A stretch of DNA of 43,220 nucleotides. It comes from an uncultured delta proteobacterium. GTDB lineage: Bacteria > Desulfobacterota > Binatia > UBA9968. A program made the position numbers and the translations under genes. The stretch spans positions 1 through 43,220 of the forward strand of contig CAVUVW010000007.1 in assembly GCA_963745035.1 (NCBI GenBank), given 5' to 3'. The notes under the pieces are model-generated. The model was given only the letters and a program-made list of their open reading frames with translations. It did not search any database and was not told the origin of the DNA. The number at the start of each line of letters is the position of its first letter. Position 1 is the stretch's first letter. Shown in pieces: positions 39,682 through 43,220 of the stretch.

Positions 39682-40289
39682 CTAGCGAACGGCGTTTACG
39701 ACTTGCACTCCCTCGCCGCGGTACGAATCATAAAACCGTAGAACGCGCCGCACATATTCTTTTGTCTCGGCGAACGGTGGGATACCACGATGTTTTTCGA
39801 CCGCGCCGCTGCCGGCATTGTATGCCGCGAGAGAGAGCTCGAGATTGCCTTGGTAGCGATCGAGCAGCATGCGCAGATGTCTTACGCCGCCTTCGACGTT
39901 CTCGACCGGATCATAGGCATTCACGACGCTATGCAAGCGCGCCGTGTCCGGCATGAGCTGCATGAGTCCCATTGCTCCCTTATGCGAACGGGCGCCCGGA
40001 TTGAAATCCGATTCGGTTTTGATGACTGCGCGGATCAAGTCGGCATCGACGCTGTGGCGTCCCGATGCCGTAAGGATCAATCATCATAAGAAGCATAGGT
40101 ATGGCGTCCCGCTGACAAGCTCGTCGCGGACCTAAGAACTCGTCGATAGCCGCCGTGATTGGGCGCGTTGGTAAAGGTCAACACGCCGTTTCTGTCCGTA
40201 TACATGTAAACATCGGCGAAAACCGCTGAGGCAAATCCAAGCACGGCCCAAGAAAAGATCACGGAGCTGATGAGTTTTCGTATCGGCAT
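39682..40289 (-). CDS. Lytic transglycosylase (SLT) with N-terminal DUF4124-like domain, frameshift near 40080
   Basis: ADVYMYTDRNGVLTFTN; ESDFNP, GAMGLMQLMP, AAYNAG, PFAETKEYV. Confidence 0.88.
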
Positions 40290-40506
40290 CGAGTGGTTTT
40301 CCCAAACCGGGCATAGGATAGCCGCACCGCCCGATACTGTCAATTCAACCGAGTGGACGGCAAGAGCCCTATTTAGTGAGTCCGCCCGGTTTGTAGGAAA
40401 ATAGCGCGTGACGAGAACCGTCATCCTGAAGGAAGTGAAGGTCTGCTTTTAAGTACGGGGCGCAATTACGTAGACGGTCGAGGATGCGAAAAGGGAGACT
40501 CAGCTT

Positions 40507-40935
40507 TCACCTGCGTAGCAGCATCGATGGTCCTTCGGATGAGATCTTTTGAATAAACGATCGGTCGCCTTCAAGGAAATCCATGTGCTCAAGATCAGTC
40601 AACTTGACCCAGGATATTTTTTCAAAAATCACATTGTTTGCCTCGCCGCGGCAGTCATAAACATTGTAAAACCGCAGAGAAACCGCCGGGCCCCCCACGT
40701 AGCGATGATTGTGCCGGTAAATCAACGTCGCGCCGCGTACATCGATCGCGAGTTCCTCCCGCAACTCACGCCTTAGGGCGTCGATATCGGTCTCTCCTTC
40801 CTCGACCTTACCCCCGGGAAATTCCCACTTGAGCGGAAAAGCACCACCCACGCGCCGCTGGCAAACAAGCAATTTGCCATCTCTCCAGATGAGTCCGGCG
40901 ACGACGTTGATAGTCGAGCTTTTTCCGGATGCCAT
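40507..40935 (-). CDS. NUDIX hydrolase, MutT/NudG-like
   Basis: WEFPGGKVEEGETDIDALRRELREEL Nudix box. Confidence 0.9.
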   Translation of the reverse strand: MASGKSSTINVVAGLIWRDGKLLVCQRRVGGAFPLKWEFPGGKVEEGETDIDALRRELREELAIDVRGATLIYRHNHRYVGGPAVSLRFYNVYDCRGEANNVIFEKISWVKLTDLEHMDFLEGDRSFIQKISSEGPSMLLRR

Positions 40936-40973
40936 AATCAGAGCGGAGTCTGCAATTGAGACAGAGAGTTAGA

Positions 40974-41019
40974 TGGCGCACCCGGAGGGATTCGAACCTC
41001 AACCCTCAGATCCGAAGTC
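40974..41019 (-). repeat. 3' half of tRNA-Arg(TCG), probable att end of another island
   Basis: Minus strand GA-CTTCGGA-TCTGAGGGTTGAGGTTCGAATCCCTCCGGGTGCGCCA; D-arm and 5' acceptor strand absent; AT-rich DNA follows. Confidence 0.8.
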
Positions 41020-42930
41020 CCACTTAATCCATAATTATAAAAAACAGCAAGGCGGAGAAGCCTGACTCTTCGGGCTTCCGCGCCGCGCGGATCACTCGGT
41101 TCTGTAAATAATATACCGCCGGATGCTTCATAGTTTCACATAAAACTTTACGCTTTCCTCTTCAAAGCCATTGGGATCTTGATAGGCTGTGGTCATGGGC
41201 GGCGATTTTCGGCGTCGTCGCCCTTTGTCTGCACCGTTTGCCACGGAAACGGTTGGATTCGGCGCATGTGCTTTCTGAAGCGGACTGCACACAATGCAGC
41301 GGCACAGGACAAATTCGGCGCGAAACTAATCATCCCGAAATTAAAACAACTTCTCCTACAGCGGATCCGCTTCATCGAGCGCACGGAAGAGATCGCCGAC
41401 TTCGGCAAGCACGAGCCGAGATAGTTGCGCCACTTTTTTTCAGACGCTGTCCGGGTGAATGAAGTATCCACGCGCCAAGCTGGTGCAGATCGCCTTCGTA
41501 TAGACATTGACCAGCACCAAAACAATATCCCGCAAGACCCTATCCGAAAACGGCTAGAGTCGGGCGTTTTAAGATTAAACCGCACGATGATGATCTTGCG
41601 CCTGACCAAGTTCTCCAGCCCGGCGAATCGCTCTGAGAAACTCCGACTGCTTTTTCCAATGGCGTCATTGGAGGGTCATTCGCCATCAACTTTGACCAGC
41701 CTTCGGTAACGTAAAATTCATCACTAGCGTGGTTGCGTTGCGCTCCAATCGGCGCGAGACTCTAGGCTTCTCCGCAAATTCTTCCTCGTTCTTGCGGAAA
41801 GGTGGTAAGACGATGAAGGCGCTGGTCACTATTCCGATCGATTTCTACCAAGTATTGAGATGAAATCGCCGAAAGGACGGCCCGGAGTATAAACTTTTGA
41901 TCAGCGGTCTGATCGATGAAGAAAGGCACAGCTTATCTTCGTTGTGATGTTGATCCGGCTCGGAGTTGTGTGGCTGCATAGTTCTTTTTCGACGGCGCCG
42001 CCGGTCGTATACGCGTCTCTCCGGATCAGTGAGGCGGCTTCTCTTCATCGTGTGGATCCTTGTCCGTTTTTCTGACATCAGAGTCCGCCTGGCCATCGCA
42101 CGGAAAATGGACTATTCTGAACTGCCCTCGGGCGGACATGGTCGTAATCGGTAGCGCCGATATGACAACCGCTGATTTTTCATTTCCGGGGTCTTTTTTT
42201 TTTTCAATAGATGCCAAGCTTCGGTGAAATGTTTCAATCGGTGAGATTTTTTGTTATATTACTTCTATCGCCTTTCTGGCATCTGGTCTGGCTCAAAGCG
42301 AGATCTACGCTGATAGTCAACTCCAGCTTCAGAGAAGCTTGGTAGAGACTCCAGGGGGCGCCATGAAAACTTCCGCGAAATACTAGAAGCTGCGGCTACA
42401 AAACAACGCACCACAAAGAAAAATGGAAATCGCTAAATTCAATTTAAAGTGCGAGTTGCAGAGTAGATCGCTCATCACTGGGATGACCTAATTGCCCTAA
42501 TTGTTGGCGCTACTTTTCCGACGATCAGATCTACGAGGTTAAGGAAGCTGCGCTTGAGGTAGCTGATCTCCATTTCGAGGGTCAGCGATCGGCCATCATC
42601 ACACGGCGTCTGACTTCGATTAATAGCAGGGCGTTGTTCGATTGGACAAGCTCTTGGGAGTTCCGGTGATCTGGTATTCGGGTGGGTTCTTGTACCGCTT
42701 TACAAACACGATGCTCATGTTTGTTATTGAAACTCACCACGCCTTCGCCGGAACCTATAAATTTCTTAAAAAATCCTTGGGCTCCTTGGGACGGCCGTGG
42801 CTATCTTGAGCATAGCTAAGGACCCCTAAGTACGCTTTGCTACTTAGAGCATAAATAAAGATTAAGGTTCTAACTAGCTGTATTATTGCAATTTAATCGC
42901 TAAATCATCGAGTGGATAACGTGTTGATAA

Positions 42931-42977
42931 CCACGACATATAGTGTTTATAAGCCTATCCAACACAATATATAGTTG
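42931..42977. promoter_or_regulatory. Tandem NrdR-like boxes
   Basis: CCACGACATATAGTGT and ACACAATATATAGTTG, 31 bp apart, fit acaCwAtATaTwGtgt; two DnaA-box-like 9-mers adjacent. Confidence 0.55.
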
Positions 42978-43037
42978 ATTGTTGGTCGTACTAGCTGCTA
43001 TTTATCCGGTTAACTTTTTGAGCCGCGGAGGAGCCGA

Positions 43038-43181
43038 ATGCTACCGATAATTATTACCATCGCCTTCCTAATTCTCCTTGCGATCGTGGTGACGGTAATA
43101 TCAGATCGCGAAGAACGCCGAGAGTTAAGATCGACTTCAAAATCCGACAAAGAAATGAAAAAAAGAGCCGAGAGCTTTTAG
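43038..43181 (+). CDS. 47-aa single-TM small protein
   Basis: MLPIIITIAFLILLAIVVTVISDREERRELRSTSKSDKEMKKRAESF; GGAGGAG RBS. Confidence 0.55.
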   Translation: MLPIIITIAFLILLAIVVTVISDREERRELRSTSKSDKEMKKRAESF

Positions 43182-43220
43182 CGCTCCTCTTTGGCCAAAA
43201 CCCGCTTCGTAAATCGATCT

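Noticed and set aside
41340-42800. Named genes in the right-hand AT-rich region
   Set aside because: Only short, conflicting ORFs without recognisable motifs
42905-42980. Chromosomal replication origin
   Set aside because: Only two imperfect DnaA boxes and no dnaA or other origin-linked genes

Overview
The window has two parts. The left part (1-27.6 kb) is GC-rich core-like DNA dense in catabolic and uptake genes: three NitT/TauT-type and four Fe3+/thiamine-type ABC substrate-binding proteins, one permease, three UbiD-family (de)carboxylases, two bicupins, a thiolase-like/DUF35 pair, a two-subunit CoA-transferase, a biotin-less carboxyltransferase, a DapA-like aldolase and a heme-oxygenase-like dimetal protein. 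This gene content resembles Candidatus Binatia (inference only). Its intergenic spaces hold mirror-image 7-, 8- and 9-bp microsatellite palindromes and two attC-like sites. The right part is an integration hotspot. An intact tRNA-Gly(GCC) at 38846-38922 (downstream of pgsA) has two extra 3'-half copies at 31233 and 27885, which delimit two related tandem islands. The 7.6-kb island is phage-satellite-like: integrase, excisionase, RHH protein, HEPN-like ORF, two tandem P27-type terminase small subunits and a terminase large-subunit relic. The 3.3-kb island has no integrase and carries a sigma54 promoter, a c-di-GMP-I riboswitch and a secreted FnIII/repeat adhesin-like gene. A tRNA-Arg(TCG) 3' fragment at 40974 begins a third, AT-rich island containing tandem NrdR-like boxes. 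Many genes have single frameshifts, probably long-read indel errors. All calls come from reading the sequence; no searches were run.
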